A stretch of 53,049 nt of DNA from the NCBI GenBank assembly GCA_964553285.1, contig CAZKKF010000001.1, positions 55,537-108,585 of the forward strand. Direction: 5' to 3'. Shown here piece by piece: positions 41,329 to 49,858 of this stretch. The notes below the pieces were generated by a model. It made no database searches and was not told the DNA's origin. It was given only the letters and a program-made list of their open reading frames with translations. The position numbers were made by a program, and so were the translations under genes. This DNA is from an uncultured Candidatus Saccharibacteria bacterium. GTDB lineage: Bacteria > Patescibacteriota > Minisyncoccia > Phycocordibacterales > Zambryskibacteraceae. The stretch's first letter is position 1. Every line of letters starts with the position of its first letter.

Positions 41329-43062
41329 ATGCCAAACCCAGTAGAAACCATAAAAGAGCGCCTGAATATAGCCGAGGTGGCCGCTGGCTACATCTCTCTT
41401 GAGAAGGCCGGTTCAAACTTCAAGGCTCGATGTCCTTTCCACCAGGAAAAGACGCCGTCTTTCTTCGTCTCGCCCGGCCGAAACAGCTATTACTGTTTCG
41501 GTTGCGGAGCCAAGGGCGATATATTCACCTTTGTTCAGGAGATGGAGGGTCTGGATTTCAGAGAGGCTCTGAAGATGCTTGCCGACAAGGCTGGAGTAAC
41601 GATTGACAGCACCAAGCTGTCCCGCACTCCGGCGGAAAAAGAAAAGGAGGCGAGGCTCTACGAGGCGCTTGATGCGGCGGCATCTTTCTTTGAAAGTAAT
41701 CTTGCAGGCACCGGAGGCAAAGCAAGTAGAGATTATCTCAAAGAGAGGGGTCTCAACGAAGACACCATTTCTTCATTCAGGATAGGTTTTGCACCGGATG
41801 AATGGAGTCTGCTCAAAAGCCACCTGCACTCTCTTGGGTTCACAGATGAGGAGCTATTTGCTACGGGCCTGATCAAGCTAAAAGAGGGCGGCCGCGAGCC
41901 GTATGACGTCTTTCGCGGACGCATCATTTTCCCCATCTTTGACGCTACCGGCAGGGTCATAGCCTTTTCCGGCCGCCTGCTTGGGCAGAGCGACACTTCG
42001 CCCAAGTATCTCAACAGTCCGGATACGGTGCTGTTCAACAAGTCCGAAGTGCTGTACGGCCTTCACAAAGCCAAAGCGGCCATAAGGGGGAACGATTACG
42101 CAATACTAGTGGAAGGGCAGTTTGATCTGGCGCTCTCCCACCAAGCGGGTATTCCGCAGACTATCGCCACTTCGGGCACTGCTGTGTCAGAGGGACATCT
42201 TGCCCGCTTAAAGAGACTTTCCGGCAGGCTCATTATCGCTTTGGACGGCGACGATGCCGGAATTGCCGCGGCTCTGAGAACGGGAGAGATGGCACTGAAA
42301 GCGGGATTTGAAGTGAAGTGTGCCCCTCTTGAAAAAGGTAAAGATCCGGCGGATACCATCCTTGAAAGCGCCGAAAAGTACAAAGACATAGTGAGAGGAG
42401 GCAAGCACATTGTTGAGTTCGTACTTGATCTCTGTATGAGCAACAACCCAGACAGGAAGAATCTGGCGAGAGAGGTGGGGGAAAAGGTCTTGCCGCTCAT
42501 TGCTCTCATTCCCGATGCTCTGGTTAGGTCTCACTTTGTTCTGCTCGTAGCAGAAAAGACGGGCCTTAAGGAAGATGCGGTTTGGGATGAAGTAAAGCGA
42601 AAAGCGGGCGGCAAGACATATCCTCCCAGAATCGCTTCTGCAGAAGCTTCGCCAAAAATAAACCAGCTCGAAAAGCACCTGGCCGGCATCGTGCTCTGGC
42701 AGAGGGAGGAGAAAGAGCCGGTGCTTGGAGCGGACGAGCTTGAAAAAATGCTCCTGTCCTTCTTGAAGCCTGATGAATTGTCGTCTATCATTGAGAGATA
42801 CGAATCCCAAAAAGAAGAGCTTATATTTGAAGTTGAAAACTACTATCGCGCCGCAGACAGCGTAGCGCATATAAAAGAGCTCATTCTTGGATTTGAAGAC
42901 GATCGCATAAGGGAGAGCATGATACGCATCACTGCAGATCTTGCCGAATCGGAAAAAGAAAACGACCAGGAAAGAGCCAAGGAGCTGTTGATATCTCTAA
43001 AGAGATATTCCGACAGAAAAATGGAGATAGAAAAAGCGCGCGCGGGCTTGTTTGAAAACTAA
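41329..43062 (+). CDS. dnaG: DNA primase
   Basis: Has a zinc ribbon (CPFHQEKTPSFFVSPGRNSYYCFGCGAKGD) and a Toprim domain (ILVEGQFD...ALDGDDAG). Confidence 0.95.
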   Translation: MPNPVETIKERLNIAEVAAGYISLEKAGSNFKARCPFHQEKTPSFFVSPGRNSYYCFGCGAKGDIFTFVQEMEGLDFREALKMLADKAGVTIDSTKLSRTPAEKEKEARLYEALDAAASFFESNLAGTGGKASRDYLKERGLNEDTISSFRIGFAPDEWSLLKSHLHSLGFTDEELFATGLIKLKEGGREPYDVFRGRIIFPIFDATGRVIAFSGRLLGQSDTSPKYLNSPDTVLFNKSEVLYGLHKAKAAIRGNDYAILVEGQFDLALSHQAGIPQTIATSGTAVSEGHLARLKRLSGRLIIALDGDDAGIAAALRTGEMALKAGFEVKCAPLEKGKDPADTILESAEKYKDIVRGGKHIVEFVLDLCMSNNPDRKNLAREVGEKVLPLIALIPDALVRSHFVLLVAEKTGLKEDAVWDEVKRKAGGKTYPPRIASAEASPKINQLEKHLAGIVLWQREEKEPVLGADELEKMLLSFLKPDELSSIIERYESQKEELIFEVENYYRAADSVAHIKELILGFEDDRIRESMIRITADLAESEKENDQERAKELLISLKRYSDRKMEIEKARAGLFEN

Positions 43063-43072
43063 TCATTTTCCC

Positions 43073-44320
43073 ATGAAAAAAAGCAACAAAAAACCTATGA
43101 AGAAAAAACCGGCCAAGGCCAAAGCCAAAAAAGCTCCGGCAAAAAAAGCCGTCAAAAAAGTTTCCAAAAAAGCACCAATCAAACCGCAAAAGAAAACCAC
43201 TCCCAAAAAAGCCGCTCCCGTCAAAGTTGCCAAGCCTTCAAAGAAAAAACAGGCCACCGAAGACAAGATAAATCGCCTGCTCAATCGCGGCAAAGAGAAG
43301 GGTTTTGTTACGTACGATGAAATATTGAGAGAGTTTCCGACTATTGAAGAAGACGTGGTCTTTTTGGACACTCTCTATGTGGAATTTCAGACTGCCGGTA
43401 TCGACGTGCTTGAGGGGGGCGGGCTCCTTGAGATGCCTTCCGAAGAAACGGGAGACAAGAGGTATCAGTACGGCAAAGGCGACTCTTCTTACGACTCCAT
43501 ACAGATGTATTTGAGGGAAATCGGCCAATATCCGCTTATATCCGGTATGCAGGAAAAAGAGCTTGCCAAGAGAATAGGGGCGGGAGATGCAGAGGCAAAG
43601 AACCTGCTTGCCAAGGCGAACCTGCGCCTGGTGGTATCCATTGCCAAGAAGTATGCAAACAGAAGTCCGGACCTTACCCTCCTTGACCTCATTCAGGAAG
43701 GCAACCTCGGCCTCTTCAAAGCCGTAGACAAGTTTGACTGGAAAAAGGGCTTTAAGTTTTCAACCTACGCCACCTGGTGGATACGCCAGGCCATAACCCG
43801 CGCTCTGGCCGACCAGTCTCGCACTATCCGCGTGCCTGTGCACATGGTGGAAACCATCGCCAAGTACAAGCAGGTGGTGCGCAGACTCACCCAAGACCTC
43901 GGCCGCGAACCTCTGCCCGAAGAAATCGCCACGGAAATGAACATGGAAGTGGAAAAGATTTATCAAATAGAAAAAATAGACCAGTCCACCGTATCTCTTG
44001 AAGCTCCGGTGGGGGACAATGATGATGACGGCAAGTCAAAGCTTGGAGACTTTCTGGCAGACGACAAGATACTCTCTCCCGAGCAGGAGACCTCAAGGCG
44101 CATTGTGCAAGATCAGGTTAGAGAGATATTGGACGAGCTTCCTCCCAAAGAGCGAAAGATACTTGAGATGCGCTACGGCTTGGGCGATGGCTTTACCCAC
44201 ACCCTTGAAGAAGTAGGAAAAGTGTTTGGTGTAACCCGCGAGCGCATCAGGCAGATTGAAGCCAAAGCGCTGGAGAAGATACGCCAGCATGATAAAATAA
44301 ACCGTCTCAAGGGGCACTAA
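43073..44320 (+). CDS. rpoD: primary sigma factor (sigma70/RpoD) with Lys-rich N-terminal tail
   Basis: Regions 1.2-4 are present (YLREIGQYPLI, NLRLVVSIAKKY, FSTYATWWIRQAITRA, LEEVGKVFGVTRERIRQIE). The first 60 residues contain 27 Lys and no Asp or Glu. ATG 43073 was preferred over TTG 43052. Confidence 0.95.
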   Translation: MKKSNKKPMKKKPAKAKAKKAPAKKAVKKVSKKAPIKPQKKTTPKKAAPVKVAKPSKKKQATEDKINRLLNRGKEKGFVTYDEILREFPTIEEDVVFLDTLYVEFQTAGIDVLEGGGLLEMPSEETGDKRYQYGKGDSSYDSIQMYLREIGQYPLISGMQEKELAKRIGAGDAEAKNLLAKANLRLVVSIAKKYANRSPDLTLLDLIQEGNLGLFKAVDKFDWKKGFKFSTYATWWIRQAITRALADQSRTIRVPVHMVETIAKYKQVVRRLTQDLGREPLPEEIATEMNMEVEKIYQIEKIDQSTVSLEAPVGDNDDDGKSKLGDFLADDKILSPEQETSRRIVQDQVREILDELPPKERKILEMRYGLGDGFTHTLEEVGKVFGVTRERIRQIEAKALEKIRQHDKINRLKGH

Positions 44321-44345
44321 AATAAAAATCATTCATAAAAAAGAA

Positions 44346-44371
44346 GAGACCCCGCGTATTGCGGGGTTCTC
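44346..44371. terminator. bidirectional terminator between rpoD and the lipoprotein gene
   Basis: gagaccccgc gtatt gcggggttctc, flanked by an A-run upstream and a T-containing tail downstream. Confidence 0.75.
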
Positions 44372-44388
44372 TGTTGTGCAGGAACTCG

Positions 44389-44823
44389 TCAGTCCACGTT
44401 TATCCTAATGTGGACATGGGTGAGGAGTGAAGGTGTTTGCTCCTCTCGGGAGAACAATACCAGTCCCTCGGTCTTGCCCCTGCGCTTTGCCTCAATATAG
44501 AGGCGAGCTTTCCAGGCCCGGTCTCCGTTGAGGCAGTTCTCCCCGCATCGGGCTTCAACCACCCCGATCTCCACTCGGGTACTGACGATGCTTGTGTCAA
44601 TTCCCGTGAGGTTGATTGAAGGGTTGGCGGTTGCGTGGGCCATGAACGGAAGCACGATCTCATGTTGCTCGCCATTCATCAGGGATACCTCCTTGGTTTC
44701 CCCGAGCGAGATGAAGACAGGGCGGTTCAGCAAATCTTGTCCCGACTGTACGCCGTAGCTTTGCTGGTAGACCGAACAGCCGACCAGAAAAAACACGATG
44801 GGGAACAACAAAAAGGTTCGCAT
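44389..44823 (-). CDS. hypothetical lipoprotein
   Basis: From ATG 44823 the protein reads MRTFLLFPIVFFLVGCSVYQ, which includes a lipobox (LVGC). The SD GGAG lies 6 nt upstream. 144 aa, no domain recognised. Confidence 0.55.
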   Translation of the reverse strand: MRTFLLFPIVFFLVGCSVYQQSYGVQSGQDLLNRPVFISLGETKEVSLMNGEQHEIVLPFMAHATANPSINLTGIDTSIVSTRVEIGVVEARCGENCLNGDRAWKARLYIEAKRRGKTEGLVLFSREEQTPSLLTHVHIRINVD

Positions 44824-44939
44824 CAGAGTCTCCGTGCAAGGGTGAAAAATGTGCAGGTTCCTACCCCCCATTATATAATAGTTGGGTTGGGAAGTCAATA
44901 GGTGATTTTGGGCCTAGAAATAAGCACAAATTGGCGGCG

Positions 44940-44948
44940 TGGTAGAAT
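44940..44948 (+). promoter_or_regulatory. extended -10 promoter (TGGTAGAAT) for helicase-nuclease
   Basis: TGGTAGAAT lies 6 nt before ATG 44955. Confidence 0.5.
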
Positions 44949-44954
44949 GGCAAT

Positions 44955-47939
44955 ATGATAACCGAAGCCTTCAAGAAAGCGTACAAAAACCTAAACCCTG
45001 CCCAAAAGGAAGCTGTGGACACAATAGAGGGGCCGGTGATGGTCATAGCAGGCCCCGGCACGGGCAAGACGTCCATTCTTACTCTGCGCATAGCAAATAT
45101 TCTCAAAGAGACAGACACTCCTCCTTCGGGCATCTTGGCGCTTACCTTTACCGACTCTGCCGTACATGCCATGAGGCAAAAGCTTTTGCCTCTGATAGGC
45201 CCTGCGGCGCATAGGGTAAATATTTTTACCTTCCATGGTTTTGCCAATGAAATGATACGAAAGTATTCGGAATATTTTCCGCGCATCATAGGCGGCACGA
45301 CGGCTTCCGATGTAGACAAAATATCCGTAGTGGAAGAAGAAATACTGAACGGCGATTACGAGGTAATAAAACCGTTCGGAGACGGACTCTTTTATGTAAG
45401 CTCTGCTCTTAGAGCCATATCCGATCTCAAAAGAGACAATATCTCTCCGGAAGAGTTTACGCGCGTCTTATCCAAAGAGGAGAAGGCAATCATGCAGTCC
45501 GAAGATCTTCTGCATCAGAAAGGCCGCTACAAGGGCGAGATAAAGGGTGCTTACAAAGAGGCTCTGAAGAACATAGAAAAAAACCGCGAGCTTTGCAGAG
45601 TTTATGCCGCATACGAGAAGGCTCTGGCGGAAAAGCGCATGTTTGACTACGACGACATGCTTCTGGAGATGGTGCGGGCAATGAAAGAAGAAAAAGACTT
45701 TCTGCAAACCCTGCAGGAAGAATATCTCTACATACTTGCGGACGAACACCAGGATGCCAACAATTCCCAAAACGCCATACTTGAACTATTGGCGGATTAC
45801 CACCAGTCTCCCAATCTTTTTATAGTGGGGGATGAAAAGCAGGCAATATACCGCTTTCAGGGGGCCTCTCTTGAAAACTTTCTGTACTTCAAGAAAAAAT
45901 TTGAGACGGCCAAGGTTGTGTTTCTGGATAGCAACTACCGCTCTACCCAGACCATACTTGATGCCTCCCACGCTCTCATGGGCAGTACCGGAGAAAATAA
46001 AGACGTGCTTCGTCCGCGCCTGACAGCGGGAGTAAAACACAGCACAGAAGCGCCCATAGAGCTGGTGGAGTACAACAGCTCGGCAGACGAAGCCCACAGC
46101 ACGGCAATGCGCATAAAAGAGCTTATAGCCGATGGTCTTTTGCCCAAGGAGATTGCCGTACTTGTTCGTACAAACGCTGAGGCAAAAGCTTTTGCCCTCA
46201 CTCTGTCTCGCATGGATTTGCCATACACTCTGTATACGAGCGACGACGTGCTTGAAGACGAAGATATGCAAAAGCTCATTATGCTTCTATCGGCTACGGC
46301 TTCTCCGCAGGACGAAGAGCTTATGGGCAAGGTGTTTCTTATTGATTTCCTGGGCCTTCACCCCATGGATGCAGTACTTCTCCTGCGGTTGTCCAGGGAG
46401 AAAAGAAGACATCCGCTTGAAGTGCTTATGAATGACTTGTCCTCGGTTTCTCTGCAAAAGGAAAAAGAAGCCAAGCACCTTGCACGGATGATGACGGATT
46501 TTATGGTGCGCGCAAATAACGAAAGTCTGCTTAGCGCTTTTGTATATATCGTGGCGGAGTCGGGTTTTGTGAAGCACCTTCTCTCAAGGAGCGACTCGGT
46601 GGAAAAGCTTGAAAAGCTTTCTCTCGTGTACGACGAAGTCTCGCGCATGTCGGTCAGCCGCCGCTCTGCGCGCCTTGCCGATTTTGTAGAGGCGCTAAAT
46701 ACCTTAAAGCGCCACTCGGCCCAGGTCAGTTTTTCCGGCAGGGCTATTTCTGACGGCGTGTCGGTCATGACCGCGCATAAGTCAAAAGGGCTTGAGTACG
46801 ACTACGTCTTCATGCTAAATGTTGCAGATAAAGTATGGGGCAACAGGCGTGCCATGTCGGGCTTCAAGCTGCCTCTATTTTCCGGCGAGCCGGCGGGGGA
46901 CGGAAGACAGGAGGACGAAAGAAGGCTTTTTTATGTGGCTTTGACCCGTGCCAGAAAGCATGTGACTATCTCCTGGCCGAAGACTGGAGAGGAGGGTAAG
47001 CCGGCACTCGCATCCCGATTCACAGACGAGCTTCCGCCGGAGCTTGTAGCAAGAAGGGAAGGGGAGGTGGCCGAAGCTTTCGAGCGGATGCTCCATCTTG
47101 CCGGTACGGAAAAAGAGTCCCGCACTCTCTGGGACAGAAAATATCTCAAGAAAATCTTTTTGGAGCAGGGTCTCAATGCAACCGCTCTAAACAATTATCT
47201 GGATTGCCCGTGGAAATTCTTTTTTAGGAACCTGGTGAGAATCCCCGACGTGCCCAAAAAACACCAGCTATACGGCACTGCCATACATGCCGCTCTCAAA
47301 TATCTTTCTGATGCCCTGAAAGACGATGCCATGCCTTCTCTGGAAAATCTTTTGGACAGATATGCAAAACAGCTCCACAAACTGCCACTTAGTGAACACG
47401 AGCTCAAAGAGGCGGGGAAGAAGGGCGCGGCTATCCTTGAAGATTATTATCGGGAGAGGCTTTCCCGCTGGTACAAGAATGCGGTTGCGGAATACTCGGT
47501 GGCCGATGCCATTTTGCACACGGAAGAGGGCGAAAGTATCTTGCTTAGAGGCCGCCTGGACAGGGTGGAGTTTTTGGATGAGAAGAAAGTGAGGGTGGTG
47601 GACTACAAGACGGGATCTCCAAAAACCCGCAATGATATTTTGGGCGCCACAAAGTCCTCAAACGGCGACATAAAGCGCCAGCTCAATTTTTACCGCCTGC
47701 TGCTTGATCTTCATTCGGGGGGAAAATACGAGATGGTTGAAGGAGTGGTGGATTTTGTGGAGAAAGACAAGGCTGGCCGGTTCCACGCGGAAGCTTTTGT
47801 AATGAGTGAAGTGGACGCAGAGGAGGTCAAAAAAGAAACTATCTCCGCCGCAGGGGAGATAGTTTCTTTTAGCTTTTGGGACAAGACTTGCAATGATCCC
47901 AAATGCGAGTGGTGTGCTCTCAGGAAAACCCTTCTTTAA
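44955..47939 (+). CDS. UvrD/Rep/AddA-type SF1 helicase fused to a C-terminal PD-(D/E)xK (RecB/Cas4-like, 4-Cys) nuclease
   Basis: Helicase motifs: I (AGPGTGKT), II (ILADEHQD), III (VGDEKQAIYRFQGA), V (MTAHKSKGLEYD) and VI (LFYVALTRARK). The nuclease part has LDCPWKFFF, GRLDRVEF...VVDYKTG, QLNFYRLLL and a terminal CNDPKCEWC. Confidence 0.85.
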   Translation: MITEAFKKAYKNLNPAQKEAVDTIEGPVMVIAGPGTGKTSILTLRIANILKETDTPPSGILALTFTDSAVHAMRQKLLPLIGPAAHRVNIFTFHGFANEMIRKYSEYFPRIIGGTTASDVDKISVVEEEILNGDYEVIKPFGDGLFYVSSALRAISDLKRDNISPEEFTRVLSKEEKAIMQSEDLLHQKGRYKGEIKGAYKEALKNIEKNRELCRVYAAYEKALAEKRMFDYDDMLLEMVRAMKEEKDFLQTLQEEYLYILADEHQDANNSQNAILELLADYHQSPNLFIVGDEKQAIYRFQGASLENFLYFKKKFETAKVVFLDSNYRSTQTILDASHALMGSTGENKDVLRPRLTAGVKHSTEAPIELVEYNSSADEAHSTAMRIKELIADGLLPKEIAVLVRTNAEAKAFALTLSRMDLPYTLYTSDDVLEDEDMQKLIMLLSATASPQDEELMGKVFLIDFLGLHPMDAVLLLRLSREKRRHPLEVLMNDLSSVSLQKEKEAKHLARMMTDFMVRANNESLLSAFVYIVAESGFVKHLLSRSDSVEKLEKLSLVYDEVSRMSVSRRSARLADFVEALNTLKRHSAQVSFSGRAISDGVSVMTAHKSKGLEYDYVFMLNVADKVWGNRRAMSGFKLPLFSGEPAGDGRQEDERRLFYVALTRARKHVTISWPKTGEEGKPALASRFTDELPPELVARREGEVAEAFERMLHLAGTEKESRTLWDRKYLKKIFLEQGLNATALNNYLDCPWKFFFRNLVRIPDVPKKHQLYGTAIHAALKYLSDALKDDAMPSLENLLDRYAKQLHKLPLSEHELKEAGKKGAAILEDYYRERLSRWYKNAVAEYSVADAILHTEEGESILLRGRLDRVEFLDEKKVRVVDYKTGSPKTRNDILGATKSSNGDIKRQLNFYRLLLDLHSGGKYEMVEGVVDFVEKDKAGRFHAEAFVMSEVDAEEVKKETISAAGEIVSFSFWDKTCNDPKCEWCALRKTLL

Positions 47940-47946
47940 GGCAGGC

Positions 47947-48636
47947 TTACCTCAAGAGGGAATCAATCTGAAGCTCCAGGGCGCTTGCGGGCACTGCTCC
48001 GGATACAGGTATTCTCTGGCCGTCTCTGGTGAGAATGACGCTGTACGGAGTGCCGCGGCCTCCTGCCGCAACGGCATCCTGGTAGTCTCTCTCAACCTTG
48101 TCTGCATGTCTGCCGCTATCAAGACAGGTGTTGAACTGAGTTACATCAAGGCCGACTCGGCTTGCGATTCTCGGCAGTTCCGCCATGTCCAGGCGGTTGT
48201 TTGACGGAGTTACGCTGTAAAGCTCGTCCGTGTACGCCCAGAATCCTTCGTTGCCTCCAAGCTCGCCTGCGCACTCAAGAGCTTCGGCTTCTTTTCTTGC
48301 TGTCGGATGAAGCTGGTCAAGAGGGAAGTGTCTGTACACCCATGCCACTCTGCCGTCTCTGCCGTATTTTTCCATTACGGTCTGCAGGGTGGTATGGAAC
48401 TGCTTACAGAAAGGACACTCGGTGTCGGAATATTCAACGATCACCACTTCCGCGTTCGGATTGCCTCTGATGTGGTCGGTTTCTCCCACCGGCCTTATTC
48501 TCACTTCCTGCGGGTTGGAAGGTACCGCCGCCTGGTTTCTCTCGGCTGTCGGCTTGCCCGAAAGGTAGATGCCCACTCCGATAAAAGCTCCCGCAATAAT
48601 AATTGAAAGGCCCAAAACCATTGATTGTTTATTCAT
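47947..48636 (-). CDS. DsbA-like membrane-anchored thiol:disulfide oxidoreductase
   Basis: An N-terminal TM segment is followed by a thioredoxin fold with VEYSDTECPFCKQFH (CPFC). Confidence 0.75.
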   Translation of the reverse strand: MNKQSMVLGLSIIIAGAFIGVGIYLSGKPTAERNQAAVPSNPQEVRIRPVGETDHIRGNPNAEVVIVEYSDTECPFCKQFHTTLQTVMEKYGRDGRVAWVYRHFPLDQLHPTARKEAEALECAGELGGNEGFWAYTDELYSVTPSNNRLDMAELPRIASRVGLDVTQFNTCLDSGRHADKVERDYQDAVAAGGRGTPYSVILTRDGQRIPVSGAVPASALELQIDSLLR

Positions 48637-48643
48637 GGGCTAC

Positions 48644-48649
48644 AGTATA
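48644..48649 (-). promoter_or_regulatory. -10 element (TATACT) for dsbA-like gene
   Basis: On the minus strand TATACT lies 7 nt upstream of ATG 48636. Confidence 0.4.
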
Positions 48650-48726
48650 ACTGTCCGGCAGTGTGGGGCGCAAGGGATTTTTGAACAGTGCCTTCGGCCT
48701 TTTTTGATTGTATAATGTGCCGGTCT

Positions 48727-49521
48727 ATGACTTATTTGGAGGCTATCTTTTTGGGGGCAGTACAGGGCCTGACGGAGTTTATACCGGTGTCATCTTCCGG
48801 CCATCTCATATTGGCAAGGCTTATTTCCGGCAACACCTTCTCGTACGATCTGGCTTTTGATGCCGTGCTTCAGCTTGCCACCGCTTTTGCCGTGGTGGCT
48901 TATTTTTTGAAATACATCTTTGAGCTTTACAGAAAAGGCAGGTATGGAGATGCGGACGACAAAAAATACTCAAGAAAAGTGCTCGCCTTTCTGGTGGTGG
49001 GCTCTCTGCCCGCCATTGCCGCGGGCTTTGCCCTGGAAGGATACATGGACGGAGTTTTCCGCTCGCCTTTGGTGGTGGTGGTGGGGCTTCTTGTCGGAAC
49101 GCTCATAATGTACGCATCGGAGCGTTTCCACATGGTAAGAGGGGAGATAAACGCTTATAGGGGGTTTGTGGCCGGCGTCTTCCAGTGCCTGGCCCTTGTG
49201 CCCGGGTTTTCGCGCTCCGGCATGACCATATCGGGAGGATTGTTTTCCGGCCTTCCGCGCTCGGATGCTGTGAAGATGAGCTTCCTTCTGTCTTTTCCCA
49301 TTATCATGGGTTCGGGTGTGAAAAAACTTTTGGAACTTTCCCTAAACGGAGGGCTCGCAGATATTGCCGTGCCCATGATCTTGGGCAGTATCACCGCTTT
49401 TAGCGTGGGCTGGTGGGTCATAGGTTTTCTTATACGCTATCTGCAAAGGCACACTTTCAAAGTTTTTCTCTGGTATAGACTGGCTCTGTCTGTGGTAATA
49501 CTGGCAATCCTGTATTTGTAG
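48727..49521 (+). CDS. uppP: undecaprenyl-diphosphate phosphatase
   Basis: The MTYLEAIFLGAVQGLTEFIPVSSSGHL and PGFSRSGMTISGG motifs identify a polytopic UppP/BacA protein. Confidence 0.92.
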   Translation: MTYLEAIFLGAVQGLTEFIPVSSSGHLILARLISGNTFSYDLAFDAVLQLATAFAVVAYFLKYIFELYRKGRYGDADDKKYSRKVLAFLVVGSLPAIAAGFALEGYMDGVFRSPLVVVVGLLVGTLIMYASERFHMVRGEINAYRGFVAGVFQCLALVPGFSRSGMTISGGLFSGLPRSDAVKMSFLLSFPIIMGSGVKKLLELSLNGGLADIAVPMILGSITAFSVGWWVIGFLIRYLQRHTFKVFLWYRLALSVVILAILYL

Positions 49522-49546
49522 TTTTTCTTTTTATATAAAAGGTTCA

Positions 49547-49573
49547 GGCCGCCAAGATCTTGTCTTGACGGCC
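49547..49573. terminator. 11-bp hairpin between uppP and the small minus-strand ORF
   Basis: ggccgccaaga tcttg tcttgacggcc, with one G-U pair on the minus strand. On the minus strand a TTTT-containing tail follows. Confidence 0.5.
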
Positions 49574-49578
49574 CTTGC

Positions 49579-49752
49579 TCACCTTGTACTTTCCACAGAC
49601 TCCACAGAGCCTGTTTTCTCGCCGCTGCCATTCTTGCGTTGTGGCATCATCGCAAGGCCCAGGATAACCAGGACCAGGATGAAGAACTCAAGCGGCCCCA
49701 ACGGCGGCCTCGGGTCGCTGTACCCGGGATCTTCCTCTCCCCAGAAAATCAT
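49579..49752 (-). CDS. unannotated 57-aa single-pass membrane protein
   Basis: My hand translation of the minus strand gives MIFWGEEDPGYSDPRPPLGPLEFFILVLVILGLAMMPQRKNGSGEKTGSVESVESTR. The SD AGAGG lies 5 nt upstream, with its own promoter and a hairpin downstream. It is shorter than the 60-aa cutoff of the ORF track. Confidence 0.45.
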   Translation of the reverse strand: MIFWGEEDPGYSDPRPPLGPLEFFILVLVILGLAMMPQRKNGSGEKTGSVESVESTR

Positions 49753-49796
49753 GCGCGCCTCTTTGATGTGCGGGTTTATGGACGAGCTCTCCTTTA

Positions 49797-49825
49797 ATTA
49801 TAGCATAACCACCCAGGAAAATCAA
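49797..49825 (-). promoter_or_regulatory. consensus-like sigma70 promoter for the small ORF
   Basis: On the minus strand: TTGATT (49825-49820), N17, TATAAT (49802-49797). Confidence 0.6.
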
Positions 49826-49858
49826 TAGGCAAAAATAAGGCCTATTCTGGCCGTAAAA

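Noticed and set aside
49565-49828. 87-aa plus-strand ORF from the track, between uppP and the exonuclease gene.
   Set aside because: It has no promoter or SD, and its start lies inside the terminator hairpin. Its sequence is rich in Ser, Pro, Arg and Gly and does not look protein-like. The opposite strand carries a complete promoter-SD-ORF-terminator unit.
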